DNA from: Paraspadella gotoi
Lineage: Eukaryota; Animalia; Chaetognatha
Reading direction: 5' to 3'
DNA: 64,000 bases
Assembly (NCBI GenBank): GCA_051294375.1
Contig: CM119266.1
Span: 6,403,431 to 6,467,430 of the forward strand
Under the pieces are notes generated by a model that saw only the letters and a list, made by a program, of their open reading frames with translations, did no database searches and was not told where the DNA came from. Every line of letters starts with the position of its first letter. Within the stretch, counting starts at the first letter, position 1. The position numbers and the translations under genes are program-made. Of this stretch, positions 39,790 to 54,015 are shown piece after piece.

Positions 39790-41545
39790 TTTCTTTCTCT
39801 CTCCTCTTTTCCTCCCTTCCTCCTACTTCCTCCCTCCCCTTTCTCATTTCCTCCCTTTCCTCCTTCCTTTCTATCTTCCTTCTTCCTCCCTCCCTTTCAT
39901 TTCCTCTTTCTCCCTTTCCTCCTTCCTTTCTACCTTCCTCCCTCCTTTCTCATTCTCCCTTTCCTCCTTCCTTCTTTCTTCCTCCCTCCCTTTCTTATTT
40001 CCTTTTTCCTCCCTTTCCTCCTTCCTTTCTACCTTCCTCCCTCCCTTTCTCATTTCCTCCCTTTCCTCCTTCTTTCTACCTTCCTCCCTCTCCTTTCTTA
40101 TTTCCTCTTTCCTCCCTTCCTCCTTCCTTTCTACCCTTCCTCCCTCCTCTTTCTTCCATTCCTCCTCCTCTTCTCCTCCCTTCCTTTCTATCTTCCTTCT
40201 TCCTCCCTCCCTTTCTCATTTCCTCTTTCCTCCTTTTCTCTTCTTTTCTACCTTCCTCCCTCCCTTTCTCATTTCCTTCCCTTCCTCCTTCCTTTCTACC
40301 TTCCTTCTTCCTCCCTCCCTTTCTCATTTCCTCTTTCCTCCCTTTCCTCCTTCCTTCTACCTTCCCCCTCCCTTTCTCATTCCTCCTTCCTCCTTCCTTC
40401 TTCTTCTTCCCTCCCTCCCTTTCTCATTTCCTCTTTCCTCCCTTTCTCCTCTCTTTCTACCTTCCTCCCTCCCTTTCTCATTTCCTTCCTTTCCTCCTTC
40501 CTTTCTACTTCCTTCTTCCTCCTCCCTTTCTCATTTCCTTTTCCTCCTTTCTCCCTTCTTTCTACCTTCCTCCCTCCCTTTCTCATTTCCTCCCTTTCCT
40601 CCTTCCTTTCTACCTTCCTTCTTCCTCCCTCCCTTTCTCATTTCCTCTTTCCTCCCTTTCCTCCTAAGAGAGAGGGAGAGAGGAGGAGAGGAAGGAGAAA
40701 CTAAACGCGGCCAACGTTTTTTTTTTTTACGGCTGGTAACGGAGGAAGGAAGGGAGGGAGGAAGAAGGAAGGTAGAAAAGAAGGAGAAAAGGAAGAAAGA
40801 GGAAATGAGAAAGGAGGGAGGAAGAAGGAAGATAGAAAGGAAGGAGGAAAGGAAGAAATGAGAAGGGAGGAGAAGGTAGAAGGAAAGGAGGAAAGGGAGG
40901 AAAGAGGAAATGAGAAAGGGAGGGAGGAAGAAGGAAGGTAGAAAGGAAGGAGGAAAGGGAGGAAATGAGAAAGGGAGGGAGGAGGTAGAAGGAAAGGAGG
41001 AAAGAGGAAATGAGAAAGGGAGGGAGGAAGAAGGAAGGTAGAAAGGAAGGAGGAAAGTTAGGAAGAGGAAATAAGAAAGGGAGGGTGGAAGAAGGAAGAT
41101 AGAAAGGAAGGAGGAAGGGAGGAATGAGAAGGGAGGGAGGAAGGTGGAAAGAAAAGAGGAAAGGGAGGAAATTAAGAAAAGGAGGGAGGAAGGTAGAAAG
41201 GAAGGAGGAAAGGAGGAAAGAGGAAATAAGAAAGGGAGGGAGGAAGGTAGAAAGAAAGGAGGAAAGGGAGGAAATGAGAAAAGGAGGGAGGAAGGTAGAA
41301 AGGAAGGAGGAAAAGGGAGGAAGAGGAATAAGAAAGGGAGGGAGGAAAAAAAGGAAGGAGGAGGGAGAAATGAGAAAGGAAGGGAGGAAGGTAGAAAGGA
41401 AGGAGGAAAGGGAGGAAAGAGGAAATGAAAAAGGGAGGGAGGAAGAAGGAAGATAGAAAGGAAGGAGGAAAGGGAGGAAATGAGAAAGGGAGGGAGGAAG
41501 TAGGAGGAAGGGAGGAAAAGAGGAGAGAGAAAGAAAGATAAAGAT
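39790..41545. repeat. CT-rich / GA-rich minisatellite at the palindrome axis
   Basis: Units like CCTCCCTCCCTTTCTCATTTCCTC up to ~40665, mirrored as GAGGAAATGAGAAAGGGAGGGAGG from ~40740. Confidence 0.9.
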
Positions 41546-41897
41546 GGACAGATGCTTATTAATTAATTAAGTAAACACAAAAACAATTTAATATTTTATT
41601 AGTTTCTTTTATTTTTTAATTTGCATTTAGCCCGCATTGGCCTGAAATATATATATAATATGCGGAGTATGGGACGCTTGGACCAAAAATTACTCGAAAT
41701 CTTTTTCATTTCAACATAAATGCAAAGCCTAAACAATTATGATTAATATCCTTTATCGATGGACAAATATAAATTCCCGTCCCTTCAACTTTTCTCTTCT
41801 CCGTTTCCCTCGTATCGATCTGATTCCTCCTTAGCGGGATTTCCGGGTTTTCTCTCTCTTCTCGATTTCGGACAGACTGACCGACCGACCACCGAAA

Positions 41898-42980
41898 ATG
41901 TCCAAACTGTCACACGCGACGATCGGGCTACCCGATGGCGGAGAGTCATCGTCACTTGACGGACAACGGGAAACCATGCCCGCCGCCTGGTCAGTCCGAT
42001 CACAAAGTCTTTAACGATGGTGAGAGAGAAACTGTCCGGAATGTCCTTATCTGTTAAACATTGTCCCAAGTGTCGATAGTTTTTGTTCTTTAGCATTGTC
42101 TTTCATTTGGTCTAAGTTACGACTTCTGTCCTCAGTCCTTGACTTTATCGCTTTCCGCTTTGTCCACAAATGCTAACGACGTTATATCCTTTTTGTCCTT
42201 GCTTGTCTTTGTCCCATTGCTCCCATCGTCTAAACTTTTGTCCTTATCCACTTTGTCCTCATCGCACGACTTTATTTCCTCTCATTATTGTCCCTTTGTC
42301 CTTCTGTTTATCCTGTCCACTTTCTCCTTTCCCCCTTTGTCCTCAAGGTAGACGACGACTTTCATGTCCTCCGTTCCCTGCTCTCGACGACAAGTTCGCC
42401 GCGATGAAGAAGTTCCTCGATCGCGTCAACTGGTCTTGCGGGAAGATGGAACCGTCGCCGCCAATCCTCTTCAAAACCGCCGACCATCATCGTCACCAAC
42501 AACTGCGAGTACAGGTCAAGATTTAAAGATGTCGGGATTTAGATTTTTATTTGGAGGAATCAGCAGTGGAGTTTTATCATTTGAGATTGTGGATTACGAA
42601 TTTGGAGTTTTGATTTTATTGTGGATTTGAAAATGATGATTCGTGAGTTTGCGATTTGTGATTTGAATAGTTAATTTTAGCTTCTGATTTGGGACATGGT
42701 TCTCTGCAAGTTTATTATCTTCAATTGGATCTTTTAAATCTTTGACCTGTCATTAAATGATTAATTGACGCGCTGGTTGACATAGTAAAATTACTAAAAG
42801 TAGTCCTTCTCTTTCCTTTCCCTCTTACTCAATCAGGGCTCAGTATTGCATCGAGAAAAAGAACCCGTCCGAGTTTGACTATTGTTCAGAAGACGAAGCA
42901 AGGCGACGACCTCCCGCGGTCGGCATTGTCCCTGGTGTCTATCCCGTGAAGCTACGACCGGTGCCCGTCCTCTCAAGTGA
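41898..42980 (+). pseudogene. Frameshifted inverted copy of the 38346-39425 gene (probably artifact)
   Basis: Same exons with several 1-nt indels, e.g. ATGTCCAAACTG vs ATGTCCAACTG. Confidence 0.7.
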
Positions 42981-43739
42981 AAACAAAGTAGGCAACGACA
43001 GTCGAAGTCAAGAATCGCAAAAAGGGGATTATTTTATATATATTTTTTTTATGGAATAGGGAAGGAACGGGAAATTGATAAATAATCTCAAATTAGGTAG
43101 CTTTGTAGAAAATAATAGATTATTTTTCGCGAACGGAATTTGGCTGCTTATTTCCTTAATGAAGTAGTTTTATTTTTAGGTAAAGTATGATGAAACCTAT
43201 CCGCTCTCATTTTAAAAAATTCGTTAGAAAATCAATCATAGACTAGAAATAAAATTTTTTCCAACTCTATTCCTTTTTTTGTTTTTCATCCGCGCTAAAA
43301 TTAAAAAACAAAATGGAAAGCTTGATTTCACAAAAATCATTATTGCGAAATTAATGTTCACTATTCTACTATATTAATTTAGTTCCTTTATAGATATCGG
43401 TGTCATGCAGGACAAAAATATTTTTTTTAGGCGATGTCACAACAACGCTAACCGAAATGAAAACCGCTCAGTGCACAGTGCGCCTCTAAACAGTTTCACT
43501 GAACACTGCACACTTCACAATATTCTCTCTTCAATCTGTCCCTTTCAAAAGATTTAATCTCTTTCAACGTCGTCGAAGCCACACAGTGGAATTGTGACGA
43601 AGTCTCACAGTGGATTTTGACGCCTGAAAGAATGATGAATGACGAAGCCTCGAAGTCTGATAACGGCTGACTCTCTCCTCTCTGTCTCCTCATCTCTCTT
43701 AGTTTGTCTGTCTTTTTTCTTCTTTTTTAAAATTTATTT

Positions 43740-43783
<44 letters not shown>

Positions 43784-44449
43784 TTTTATTTATTTATTTA
43801 TTTATTTATTTATTATTTATTTATTTATTAATTTATAAATTTATTTATTTATTATTTATTTAATTTTAATTTATTATTTAAATTTATTTATTTATTTTAT
43901 TTTTTATTTATTTATATTTATTTATTTATTTATTATTTAATTTATTATTTAATTTTAAATTATTTATTTATTTATTTAATTATTAATTTATAAATTTATT
44001 TATTTATTTTTATTTATTTATTTATTTAACTTAATTATTTATAAATTTATTTATTTATTTATTTATTTATTATTGTATAACTTATCTTTTTTCCTTTTCC
44101 TTCTTTTTCCTTCTTCATTTTTCCCCCACATCCGTCATCGTATCAAAAAAAGTGTCGCACAGTCCAATCAATTCAAATCATTTTAATTTCATAATAAAAT
44201 TTTTATTTTATTAAATAATCAATATGAATATACAACTTCAATCTTTAATCGCGAATTGAAATTGATCTTCGAAGATCTTTTTTTGGATCCACAACCGTCA
44301 AACCCCTCAAACCGATAAAACCAACGTTTCCGGCGGTTCCTCGTCCAACTGGAGCCTCCCCCCTTTCCCCCCCAAAATTTCAACCGCCCCCCCCCTCTAC
44401 TCAATTCCCACCGCCACCTCTCCAACTTTCCCCCATCTCTCGTCTCGCA

Positions 44450-46320
44450 CTCAACAACCCGCAGGCCATCCAAGAGAAACCTCAAATTGTTCCATCGATT
44501 TTGCCGCTGTCGTAGACCAAGGCCCCCATGGAGGCCCCCGCCTTGTCGAGCCGCGTCTTCATCACAACGTTTGCACCAAGTGGGTTCCATCTTGCGTCGT
44601 CCACGGACCTGGCTGATGCCCAAGTGACGCGGGACGTCTGACTGAAAGGCTTGACGAAGTTGACTCGGATGGGAAGTGATCTTGAAGAAGCCGAGAGACC
44701 GCTGGACGACGACTCGCTGGCCGCGATTCGCAGCGGAAGGCGGATTGAAGGGGTTCGGCTATAGCGATGGAGGAGGGAGCGGAGGAGGAGGAGGAGGAAG
44801 GAGGATGGAAAAGAAGAGGGAAATGAAAGGAGAAAAGAAGGGAAATTTGAAAGGGGAGTTTAAAATAATGAGTGTCATAACATATCTGACAAACAGTGAT
44901 AAATCATCTATTACACCGAAAACTCACGTTTGACAGTCTGAACAGACCTTGCCGAAAAGTTGCTGAGCCGACTGGATCCGATTTCGGTCAAAGGATTTGA
45001 GGCTGAATCACGCTGATCAGGCTGTTCCACGCGATTTCAGTCAAACCCTGAAATCGACATTTTAAAACCCTTAATTACTTGCGCTAAGGTTTGCAGGGTG
45101 ACTTTCGATTTGTTTTAAAATAAATGACTTTGACCATCTAACTTTGATATATTCAGCCATCAGAAGAAATAAATAATTCTTGAAGAATAAGACTTATAAA
45201 ATATTATTTTTCCAGGCGACAATGTTCAGTCATTGGTTCACTAACCTCTCTCTAACGCTTGAATGAAATAACAAATATATTAAAGGTTAGAATCCTAAAA
45301 ACAAATTATTATATTCATTATACCTAATAAAAGATATCTTAATTAACTTAAGCTAGGGTTAATTGAATAAAAATTTAAAATATGTTTTTAAAAAAGCTTG
45401 TAATAAGTTTTAACAATTTAATACCAATTAACAGAATAAAAATAAATTTATAAACTAATTCGAGTTTTGGGATGGCCTCGTCCTCTTCAACATCCTCACT
45501 CCGCCCAATCGAATTTGACTTCCGTCCGATAGCGAAGATCTTGACTCCCTTCTTCCTCCAAGCAGACGAGCGCCAGGCCGGAACCAATCGAGCGATCGCT
45601 TGCTTGCCCGTCGGTGAAGACCAAGGAAAACTGAACGTCGTTGATGAACTGTTAATCGTTTAGATCGTGAATGGTTTAATGCTCGCGGAGAGAGAGAGAG
45701 AGACGAGAGAGAAGAAAGAGAGAGAGAGATGGATTGAAGAGTTCGAAGGTTGCCGCGTTTCTGGGAGCCAATAGGAACAATCAGAAACAAAATAAACACT
45801 CTCGAGCTTGAAAGCAAACGCCGACCATCGTCCTCCCTTAAACCCGACCCCAGCAATCGCAACTACAAACTTCCCCTAACCCAAACAGTTACCGCTTTCG
45901 CATACCCACTCCAAGCGGTACCTTCAACGGCATCCTCGTCTTTTTGAGTCTTCATCGAAAGATCTTCAACGCTTCTCCATCGCTTTGCCGTCGCTCGCGC
46001 ACCGGCCGATGAAATTGAGTCTTTCACCAGCGCCTCCTTCACCGCCCTCTTTCGTCAAGTGGCTGAAATGTGAGACCATTCACGAGTTTATTCTTTATTT
46101 GTTTTTTGTTATTGTTATAAAATCCAACAACGAGAAATTATTGTAAATGTTACTGCATAAAAAGGATAATAAAATGTTTTAAATAATAATGAAAAAGTTT
46201 TCTCATCTTTTAGTCCAAACTCTTTTTCCATGCGTGAGAAATAAACGTAGAGAGCGACGTTTCCTTTTCCTTCCACCAAATTTTCCATTTCGTTCACGCA
46301 ACATCATTGCAGTCGCCTTA
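44450..46320 (-). pseudogene. Frameshifted inverted copy of VWA+H-lectin exons 3-7 (probably artifact)
   Basis: Fragments SSAWRKKGVKIFAIG, GKGNVALYVY and MEPTW interrupted by indels; the 5' exons fall beyond the N gap. Confidence 0.7.
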
Positions 46321-47782
46321 AGGGGACATCATATGTTCTTGGCAATTATCATAATTTTAATCACTTTTGAGGTGTTAACTATTATTTATTATTCAAAGAG
46401 GCAAAACTAAATCCGTTTACTTTTTTTTTTAGACCTTATACGTTCCATAGAAAGTTGATTGTTCGTTGAATGTATTTTATTGAATAATGTTCTCATCAGT
46501 AGATAGATAATAATACACAACAAAGGCAAAACAAACTGGAAAAAAAAACAAAACAGAAAAATCCATCCGTCAGTACATCCCGAGTTTTCTTCGTTACGAG
46601 AAACGAAGGACGAAACAAATGTTTTTTCCCTTCTTTACTTTCGCGCTTGAAAAAGTGGAGGGGCGAAACCAAAAGGGAACCGAGAGACAGGACTACTTTG
46701 GATAAGGCAATAATCGGTTGGATAACCAAGGAAAAAACGGCTCTCTTTTTCCCAGAGGCCTCATTTTTTATTTCTTAATTGCCGGATTTTATATTTTAAT
46801 TAATTAATTAAAATTAAATTAATTAATTAAAACTAAACAATTAATCTAATAGTTCTAAAGTAATAGCGCTCAAAACCTAACCTTAAATCATAACCCTAAT
46901 ACTACAAGTCCTAACCTAATTCTGAACTATATCTTCAAACCCTTATGCATAATTTCTACAGCCGAACCCTTAATCCTTAACCATAATTTACTAACTCTAA
47001 TGCTAAACTCTCAACCTAAAGCCTTAACCTATCCCTAATAATTAACCGTTAACATTTTAAAAAGCAAACGTAAATTTAGACTGAAAATGGGCCGTTCTAG
47101 AAAATAGAGGCCGGAATGGGCTAGGAAAAACTACACCAGCTATTGAGTTGGTATATCGGAGAGAAAACTAGCAATGTTAATATTGTCGGAGTATTGGAGA
47201 AGACCGTAATTAAATGTAAAGAGAATAAAGTATTAAGNNNNNNNNNNNNNNNNNNNNNNNNNTTCTTCCTCCTCCTCCTCCTCCCTTCCTCCCTTCTTCC
47301 GATTAAAGGCCGTCTCTCGCTCCGGAGACGCTTATCTCTTATCCGTTCCACGGCCGCCGCTTCAAGTTGTCTACTGTCACTGTTAACCGACTGTTCTTCA
47401 CTGTTTTTTTTTTTTAGGTTTAACGCTGACCGTCGATTGTCGAACTACATTTAATATTTTCAAAACGTCTTGTTTTTATTCATTGCCACGTTCTGTTTCT
47501 CATCTCTTTTAATCGGATGTTAATTTACGATTATTCGTTTATTCATATCTCGTCGCTGTCTCCCGACTGTCTCCCGACTGTTGTTTTTCACTGTTGCTCT
47601 TTCAACGTTTCAGTTTCCTTCCGGGTTTTTACGCTTGATTCTCTTCAGCTGAGGAGCGGGGCGCCTCTTCCTATTATGCTCAGACGCGGCTGGCGACTTT
47701 AATGAAAACGTTTTTTTAATTGATGAAAGATTATTATAAATGATTATTATTTAGATAGAAATATTTTGAATAATTATCCTAT

Positions 47783-47997
47783 GAAATTGGTACAACCAAT
47801 ATAAAAATTATCCATTCATTTAATAAATAAGCTATCTTGCCCCTGACTTTGGACAGGCTTTGGTGGTTTAAGGCCTCCATCACTCTTACAAGATAATGAC
47901 ATAGCAGGTCCCTGCAAGCTTTCAATCAAGACTCTCGCACAGTCTTGTTTATTTACTCCCAGAGTACCTGGCTTCCCTATCAATGAAGTGGTATAAT
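47783..47997 (+). repeat. ~220-bp dispersed repeat family, copy near-identical to 8829-9042
   Basis: Aligns by eye with few substitutions. Confidence 0.9.
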
Positions 47998-48277
47998 ATT
48001 TCAAAGAATCATTGTTATTTTTTGTTAGAATAAAAAACCAACAATTTCCACAAATTTTTAAACTAAAATATTTTATTCTGAAAATAAATAATTTATATCA
48101 TAAAATACTATTTAAGAATGATATATAAATATTTTTTAAAAAAACAAAAGTCAAAATATCTTTCCTGTTTTATCAAATTTCTCCATGAAATTAGCTATAT
48201 TTATCAATTAGTAAAAATGATTTTACTCTGCATCTCTGCTACGCGACTTGAAAACATCAAAATATTTTCCTTTTCTC

Positions 48278-48337
<60 letters not shown>

Positions 48338-49084
48338 CTGCCCTCGAAAGAGCGCGCGTCCGGATTTTGCTGTTTATCAACCGGGAGTAAATTGAAACCA
48401 GCGCGGGCTCAAAAGAGAGAGGAGGGTGGGTGGGGTCAAAAGGTGGACTCGAAGTGGAGTGCAGGGTGGCGTGGTGGAAAGGTGGGAGGGTGTGGGATTG
48501 GTTGAGAGACTTCATTTGGGAAACTAAATTATTAATAAACCCTATTGAAAGTATTGCGAAAATAGTAAAATAGGACTTCTATGAAAGAAGTATAAAAAGA
48601 AATAATCTAAACTACTCCAATATTTAAATGAGATTGAAAAACTTATTTGAAATGAACCACAAGTTATTCTGCTACACTTGGTGGTAGTAGCAAAAGGTGG
48701 TGTCGATAGGAATTTCGAACAGTAGATTTTCAGTGAAAATAGTCAAGGAATATTCGAATGAGGAAAGTATTAGTTCGATGGGTAGATTCATTGGCAACTC
48801 ACAATCCTTTATTATGGCGCTGGTACAATGTCAGCGTGCAATAGAAAACTGGGAAAGAGAGTTTTACGTTAAAAACGTCGGTAACCAAGACTGTAAATTG
48901 TAAAACTCAAAGACTAGTCACTAAATGTTGCGCGAGTGAATGGTAACCTCTGAAGCTCAGGAATGTGAGACGAGTTTGGTTTAAAGGGGCAGATCCTTTC
49001 GTTCACAATGGTTCACCGATCAGTGAAAAAGAAATATCGTCTGACCCGAGAATAAAGGTGAGGTAGTTAGCAGTCGTTGATGTC

Positions 49085-49290
49085 AGAAAAAAAGGCGCTC
49101 TCTTATCAAAAAGCGCCCTATTAGTGTTAATTAATCCCTAATCTTAACCCAAAACTCTAATCCCTAATCTTTAACCCTAATCCCCAATCCTAAACCGAAT
49201 CCTTAACCTTTAACCTAATTTTTAAATCTAAAAATTAACTTAATTCTAAATTTAATATGAAATGGGGCGTTCAGGGAAAATAAGGCTGAA
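49085..49290. mobile_element. Short element with (CTAACC)n core
   Basis: AAAAAGCGCCCTATT ... ATGAAATGGGGCGTTCAGGGAAAA flanks, same family as 31.06k and 34.38k, opposite orientation. Confidence 0.5.
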
Positions 49291-49613
49291 AAAAGATGGC
49301 CGGGGCAAAAACAAAGCGCCTTGTCGATGCCAATGAACAACAGAGACTCATCCCTTAAAAAATCTGGTCCGGGTTCTTTTTCCGGATTTTTGTCCGGATT
49401 TCGTCGCCGCCATCTTGAATCTTGAGTCTCGAAAAATATTTTGATGTATTCCCGTTTTATGGACTCAAGATTTCCAGACTTTATATTGTGAAATATTAAT
49501 AAAAATGTTATTAGTTTTTGTCGAAAAAAAAAATTAAAAGACCCCAACTTGTTTATGGGGTTTTCTGCTTTGTTGCAGGCGCGACGTTATTGCTTTCTCC
49601 CAGAGTTGGAGAG

Positions 49614-49683
<70 letters not shown>

Positions 49684-52284
49684 TCAGTTTTCGAACCCCA
49701 TAACGAAGGCAAACTTGTGTCAGAACGTGCGTTGGGTCGCAAGGAGGAGGAAATCTGAGCTATAAATAGAATCTGATTTTCTCTCTCCCTGCTCCCTCTC
49801 TCTCTCTCTCTCTCCACCACTAATGTCTCTCCCACACTTTCTCTCTTTGCTGTCACTCACAATTTTTCCTTCCATTTTTTGCTTCCATCAAAGAGTATCA
49901 ATTTTTTTTTTTTTCATTTTTCTTCTTTCTTATTTAATTTCAGTTTAAATTTCTTAGACTGATTCTAATGAAATAAAACTTTAAATTAATTTCTAACTAA
50001 GTTTTTCTTAACTTTATACTGAATAATCGATTTTGTATAAAAAAATACATTCCAATTTTCTAAATCACTACTAAAAAAGAAAAGGACCTTCTCCCCTTAT
50101 TTAATTGCCATCGTTAGTAGTGACGAGCATCGATTATCGATGAATTACTCAGAAGCTCTAGATTCTGACAGATCGAGATTGAGATCCCAGAGGTTCCGCG
50201 TTCGAATCCTCAAACTTCGATAAAGAAAAAGTCTGAACTGAAGATTAATCTTGGTCATCGCTCTGACCTGGATTTTAAGAGCGCGGTCGACCAAAGAGAT
50301 TGTTTCCGGTCTCATTTCGAGCCAAAAGAGTAACAACAACAACGACGACATTAAGCGTCTTCCTCTCGTTCATCCTCATTCATTCTTCATTAATTACATC
50401 AACGTTCGAGTCAACGACACAAAATAGGAAAGAGGATTTCCAACTAAGTCTCACTTAAGGCCACGCATCGCACGCAGTACACGCAAAACACGCAGTAGGC
50501 GCTCGTCTTTGCTCAAGAAGCAACTCTCACACTCACTTAGATCCGAACGTGAGAGCGTTCACATCTTTGCGCTCAACCACTTTTTTGTTAGAATCGTTAG
50601 AATCTTTTCTCCATTCTCTTCTATTCTATTAATGAGACATACTATACTTTACTATACATACTATACAGTATACAAGCCTCAAACTTGTTTGTATTAGTAT
50701 AACAATTGTAGTTATGTTTGTTTTATATTCCAGTATAATATTGCATTTACTTTATATTCCCCTCACCTTTTCCGTTTTCCGACGTTCTCGACTTCTTTCC
50801 AATTTTCCCGCCAATTTCGCTAACGTCTTGTTTACCCGCCCCTCTCTCCACCCCCCGCCTCGTCTCTTCCCCCCCCACCAAACCTATTGCCTGTCACGAC
50901 TTTTCGTCTTTATTCGACCACCTTCGTTCTCTCTTTTCGGATCAGGGAAACGCCCTCTTTCTCCGGTGCCGCGCCCACTTTTCCACGGCGACGCCCATTA
51001 CGGCCTTTCGATCGACCTCTTGGGTTCGTTGTCGTTGTCGTTGTCGTTGTCGTCTCGTTTACCTGTGGGTTTCGCTTCTATCCTTTTCTTTTCCTTTATT
51101 TATTTCTTTGCTTTTCTTTTATTTTCCTTTATTTATTTCTTTCCTTTTCTTTTCCTTTATTTATTTCTAGATCATTTACTCTTAGTTGTTTCTTTCCTGT
51201 TTTTTCTTTCTTTACCTTTGTTTCGTTCCTTAGTTTCGTTTTCTTTTTCTTTATTTTCTGTCCTTTTTTTCGCTATTTTTTATCCGGCTTGTCTAATTAG
51301 TAACTTATCTTTTCGTCCCTTTCTTTCCTTAATAAGTTAATGCCCTTATTTCCCCTCATATTTTCCCTTCTTCTCCCTGCATCTTTCTACTCAAATACTT
51401 GTAGTCTTGCTTATCCTCAAGCTTTTAGCTAATCCTTATCCCGCTCCCACCTTCTCTCCCTCCCTCTACCCTACTTTTCTTCCTCTCTCTTTTCTCTTTT
51501 TCCTCACTACTTTCTCTCGCCTATTCCTCTCGCTCTCTCTCTCTCTGCCCCCCCCTCTCTCTTCCACCCCCACCCTCCCACTTTAATCCTCTTCCCTCGT
51601 ATTCGCGTCTAAGTCTAAAATCGACGCAAAGAAGAGACGAACCACGCATTCGATTGAGTGGCTCTTAATCTTCGCCTTTCTTCTTTTCTTTTTCCTTTTT
51701 TCCTTCCTTTTTTTTCTCCTTTTTTCCTTTTTTTTTATTCCTCTACTCCGAAAATAACTTTAAAAAAAAACAGAATCTACAATTTCTATCAAAACAAATC
51801 AAAGACCTCATGTAATACATTGTATGTATAAAAGACGATTATCATTATTTTTTTGAAATGATAATTATGACAAGGATGCAACTCTTTTATTTTGTTCTTT
51901 ACTTCTCATCCCCCCCCGACATCCTTGACAAAACTGTAGCTTCATCTCACACCATTTTAACCCCAATTAACCCAAAACGAACCCCACGAGGTCACGTCTT
52001 CATTCCTCTTTTTTCTTTTCTCGTTTTTTATTTCGAATGACGATGGAAATTCGAATGCCATTCAAAGGCTAAGCTGAAAAGTCAACGACGATTTTTTTTC
52101 TTTTTATCATGTACTTTTTTCTTCACTATTACAAGTATTATTAATCGTGTAATCTCGTTGAGTTCATTCATTGCTTTATAATTAAAAAAGCGGGCTTTCA
52201 TTCATTTTTTAAACTTTAAATCCTAGTTTCACTATTCAGAATCTAAACATACCTATTACCTTTGTATACAAACTTCGACCAAAT

Positions 52285-53956
52285 ATGGTGTCGATCCTGG
52301 AGAACCCTCTGGGACTGGGTTACGCCAACCTGAGCTTGCCCAGCGAGCGAACCCCTACCGCCCCGCACCAACACGGACACGCGGTGATGGGGCCGTTGAC
52401 GTTGCCGGTTGGTGACGGGAGTGGCGCAGCCCAAGGCGCCAGGAACGCCGAGAGTGTCGGCGCCCTCGGAAAGGAAGAGGAGACGCCGAAGGAAGAAGAG
52501 CCGGAAGGTTTGATGCCTGATTTGATTTATTTAGTATTATTTAGTATTATTCTTAATTATAGTTATTTTATATTATAAATGCTGATGAAGACTCGTAATA
52601 AGAGTCGAAACATGCCCATTATAATAATAAAAACTAAATTTCTGTGACAACGGATTTTTCGTTATTACCTTTAAGGGGACCAAGTGAACAGGGGGGGTAA
52701 AAAGCTGAAAACATAACGTTTGACCCTTTAACCTAAGCTGGTTCTGATCATATAATTTTTTCTTCTATAATCATTTGGGAAAGTAGTTAAAAAATTCGAT
52801 AACATCAGTGAGCTTAATTTTCTTAAAAAATCGGTAAGAAAAAAATCTTTTTCAAGTTTAAAATTTTTTTTTCCAAAAAAGGGTAAGATCTAATTTTAAA
52901 AAGATTTTCAGCTTTTATCACAAAAATTTATAAAGAAAAAAAACTAGGAATGAATCAAAATTTAAGGTATCGACTGATTTTATTTAAACTTTCTTTTCAA
53001 ATGATTCTGTTAATTGGATGAAAATAAAACTCTTTGAAGTAATATAAATATAAAAGAAGAGAAAGATTCTGGACTTTTGCTAAATTTTTAATTATTTTAA
53101 TTAGGAATCAATATAGTTTAATTATACATTTAAGGGATGAATATGAATTATAATTAATAATTATTACAGTTTTGTTTCTGTAAGAATAGAATTTAGGTTT
53201 GATTTGTCTGCTTTTAAGTAAATATAAAAATAAAAAAATATTAGTCTTGTAAAGCCTTTGTTCAATGAGGCTTAAACCTAAAATTATAGTTTTGTACAGT
53301 AAAAAATAAAAAAATTGGAATTTAGTAAAAAATACTTTCTAATGCAAAAATAAAATAATGGATTATATAAATATTTAGGTAGGGTCAACTAAATTTTTTT
53401 TTCATAATTATTAAATTTTTGTTTCCGCTACAATAAGAGATAGGAATTTTTTTGCCACTTTCGCATGCAAAGAAAAATTAATGACTATCACCATTCAAAT
53501 TCCTTTGATGATAGACCCTTAAGCTTATGATATCATTTTTACACTGGGTCCCCTTAAACTAATTTCAAACAGCAAAAAGAAAGTCAAAATACAATGTCTA
53601 GTTATTTTATAATATAGATATGGAGCTTATTTCTTTCAGACACGTACAATGGAATTTATGCGAGTCTTTTATTGTCTGGCGTCGGATTTTTGTTGCCATA
53701 CGATTCGTTTATTCTCGCCGTTGATTATTATCAGGTGAGCAGTAAGTTTATTACAATTATCTTTTTGATAAAAACTAATAACATTGTACCTCAACGATCA
53801 CCGTATTAAGTCGAATTGTAATACTTCAACTCTCAGGAGAGATTCGCGGGCAAATTTGACACGATCGTTTTCGACATGAGTTTGACTTACATCCTTTGCG
53901 CCTTTGTTTCTGTCGCGTTCACCAACATCCTGGTCAGGACCTATTCGCTACAGGTT

Positions 53957-54015
<59 letters not shown>

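Larger units (their letters stand above)
34249..47237. repeat. ~13-kb palindrome: arms ~34249-40665 and ~40740-47237
   Basis: The right arm is the reverse complement of the left throughout (exons, AAAT tract, CCT/GGA minisatellite), carries many 1-nt indels and ends at an N gap. Confidence 0.95.

Noticed and set aside
40666-40760. Sequencing adapter at the palindrome axis (TAACGGAGGAAGGA resembles the PacBio primer end)
   Set aside because: The match is short and lies within GGA-rich sequence, so it is not diagnostic.
50180-50212. tRNA-like B-box (GTTCGAATCC)
   Set aside because: No A-box or cloverleaf could be built.
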